NCBI GenBank assembly: GCA_048939015.1
Contig: JBHLPW010000049.1
Span: 1-38,181, forward strand
Length of the DNA: 38,181 bases
Origin: Promethearchaeota archaeon
GTDB lineage: Archaea > Asgardarchaeota > Lokiarchaeia > Sigyniarchaeales > SOKP01
Reading direction: 5' to 3'
This document shows positions 36,977 to 38,181 of this stretch, piece by piece (the stretch's first letter is position 1; each line of letters starts with the position of its first letter). The notes below the pieces were generated by a model that did not search any database, was not told the DNA's origin, and saw nothing but the letters and a program-made list of their open reading frames with translations. The position numbers and the translations under genes are program-made.

Positions 36977-38181
36977 TTATTTTTTAGTCATAAAGTAATA
37001 ACCGATGACAAATTCAATTCCTATAAGGAGATATTCAGTTAAATAGACTGTTGGTATAAAAACTGCTATACCACATAGATATGCTATAAAATTTATTGAA
37101 ATACACGCTACAATATCTTTTGGAAGAATCATTAATAGATTTGAATTTCTAAAAGTTTCTAATAAATTCTCGATCTCTTGTTTCAAGTTTTTTTGGTATT
37201 TACTTACACCCTCAAGTGCATCCTTAGCTTTATCAATATAATTATTAATTTTATTTCTTACCTCATTTATTCCTTTTTTTACATTTGTAAAAGCATCAGA
37301 TAACGGAGTTTCCATATATTTTACTAAAATCTCTTGTAGATTTAAACCAAAAGCTATTGCGACAGCAGCTAGAAATGCGGCAAAAGAGATTGTTATTGCA
37401 TTAAATGGATCCCCACTAGATTCTATATAATAAATCGAAAAAATTCCAATAGAAACTAGTAGTATCATCAATCCTATTTGTTCTATTATAGTTTTACCTT
37501 TAACAGTAAAATTATCTACAAATTTATAAAATGCTTTTAAATTCTTTTTTAAAGTCTTGATATTCTCGTTCTCTTCGTACTTTTCTTTAATTTTATCTAT
37601 TAAATTCTGAGCATTCTTTTCATCCTCGTTAATGTCTTCTTTTAATTTTTCAATCCTAGTTGTCCATTTTGTAAGTTCTTGATCTATCTCTTCACACAAT
37701 ATTTCAAGTTTCGCTTCAATATTATCAATGGTTGTACTTACTCTTGGAATTCTATCAATTGTCCCATATTTTTCTGGTATTTCTGCAACAAATTGTTTTG
37801 GCAATACTTCTTCAGGTTTGATTTCATAATAGAGTAAAATTATATTAAGTGCGATAAGGAAATGCAATGGTACATCCATATTAAAAAAAACATAAGATAT
37901 AACCATTAATATCATGCAAAGAATAAGAAAACCTCTTACACTTCCACTAGGTAAAGTTAATGTGTGTTTAGGTTCTTTCAATTTTTTTAAATCTGTTGTA
38001 TTGGGATAAACCCAACGTCTCGCTGCGTACGCTCCCATTATGGCTGCTAAAGTAAAAGATACTAAAGCAATCCAGCTACGTTCATTTATTATAACAAGAT
38101 TATTCATATTGCCAATAACTAAAGTAATAGCCCATGCAGTAATGGATGTGATATAGCAAGCTAAGTAATAGATTCTAATTT
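36977..38181 (-). CDS. Polytopic membrane protein with two coiled-coil segments; 5' end lies beyond the window
   Basis: Frame stays open upstream of ATG 38107 to the edge (IRIYYLACYITSITAWAITLVIGN-M...); alternating TM hairpins and heptad-rich charged helices. Confidence 0.75.
   Translation of the reverse strand, partial: IRIYYLACYITSITAWAITLVIGNMNNLVIINERSWIALVSFTLAAIMGAYAARRWVYPNTTDLKKLKEPKHTLTLPSGSVRGFLILCMILMVISYVFFNMDVPLHFLIALNIILLYYEIKPEEVLPKQFVAEIPEKYGTIDRIPRVSTTIDNIEAKLEILCEEIDQELTKWTTRIEKLKEDINEDEKNAQNLIDKIKEKYEENENIKTLKKNLKAFYKFVDNFTVKGKTIIEQIGLMILLVSIGIFSIYYIESSGDPFNAITISFAAFLAAVAIAFGLNLQEILVKYMETPLSDAFTNVKKGINEVRNKINNYIDKAKDALEGVSKYQKNLKQEIENLLETFRNSNLLMILPKDIVACISINFIAYLCGIAVFIPTVYLTEYLLIGIEFVIGYYFMTKK

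Noticed and set aside
1-38181. Selenocysteine readthrough, tRNA/rRNA, CRISPR, transposases
   Set aside because: No catalytic motif interrupted by TGA, no GC-rich structured RNA island, no repeat-spacer array and no transposase or integrase motifs seen by eye; tRNAscan/Infernal were not run

Overview
A very AT-rich, gene-dense archaeal window, almost certainly Asgard (Lokiarchaeia/Promethearchaeota). The taxonomic call rests on a Loki-type profilin, three Ras-superfamily small GTPases (two Rab-like, one Rag/Arf-like), three longin-like domains, Loki-style 7TM proteins and NosD beta-helix surface proteins. Housekeeping and metabolic genes include an argS-agmatinase-deoxyhypusine synthase operon, PncC/CinA, an M29 aminopeptidase, a DegT aminotransferase, a Gfo/Idh/MocA oxidoreductase, a TAT-less reductive-dehalogenase-like protein, an acyl-CoA ligase and an HDAC-family deacetylase. 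The most unusual items are: (1) a MacB/FtsX-type ABC permease lacking its extracellular domain, co-oriented with uncharacterised membrane proteins and a large glycoprotein, and head-to-head with profilin; (2) a surface beta-helix protein whose cytoplasmic tail carries two histone-fold-like repeats; (3) a 7TM protein fused to a C4C4 finger with TFIIH-p44-like spacing; (4) a polytopic membrane protein fused to a longin domain, next to a stand-alone 7TM and a second longin; (5) a LITAF-like membrane zinc protein and a tail-anchored LRR protein. I saw no rRNA, tRNA, CRISPR array or transposase. All family assignments are by eye from motifs; no database searches were run.
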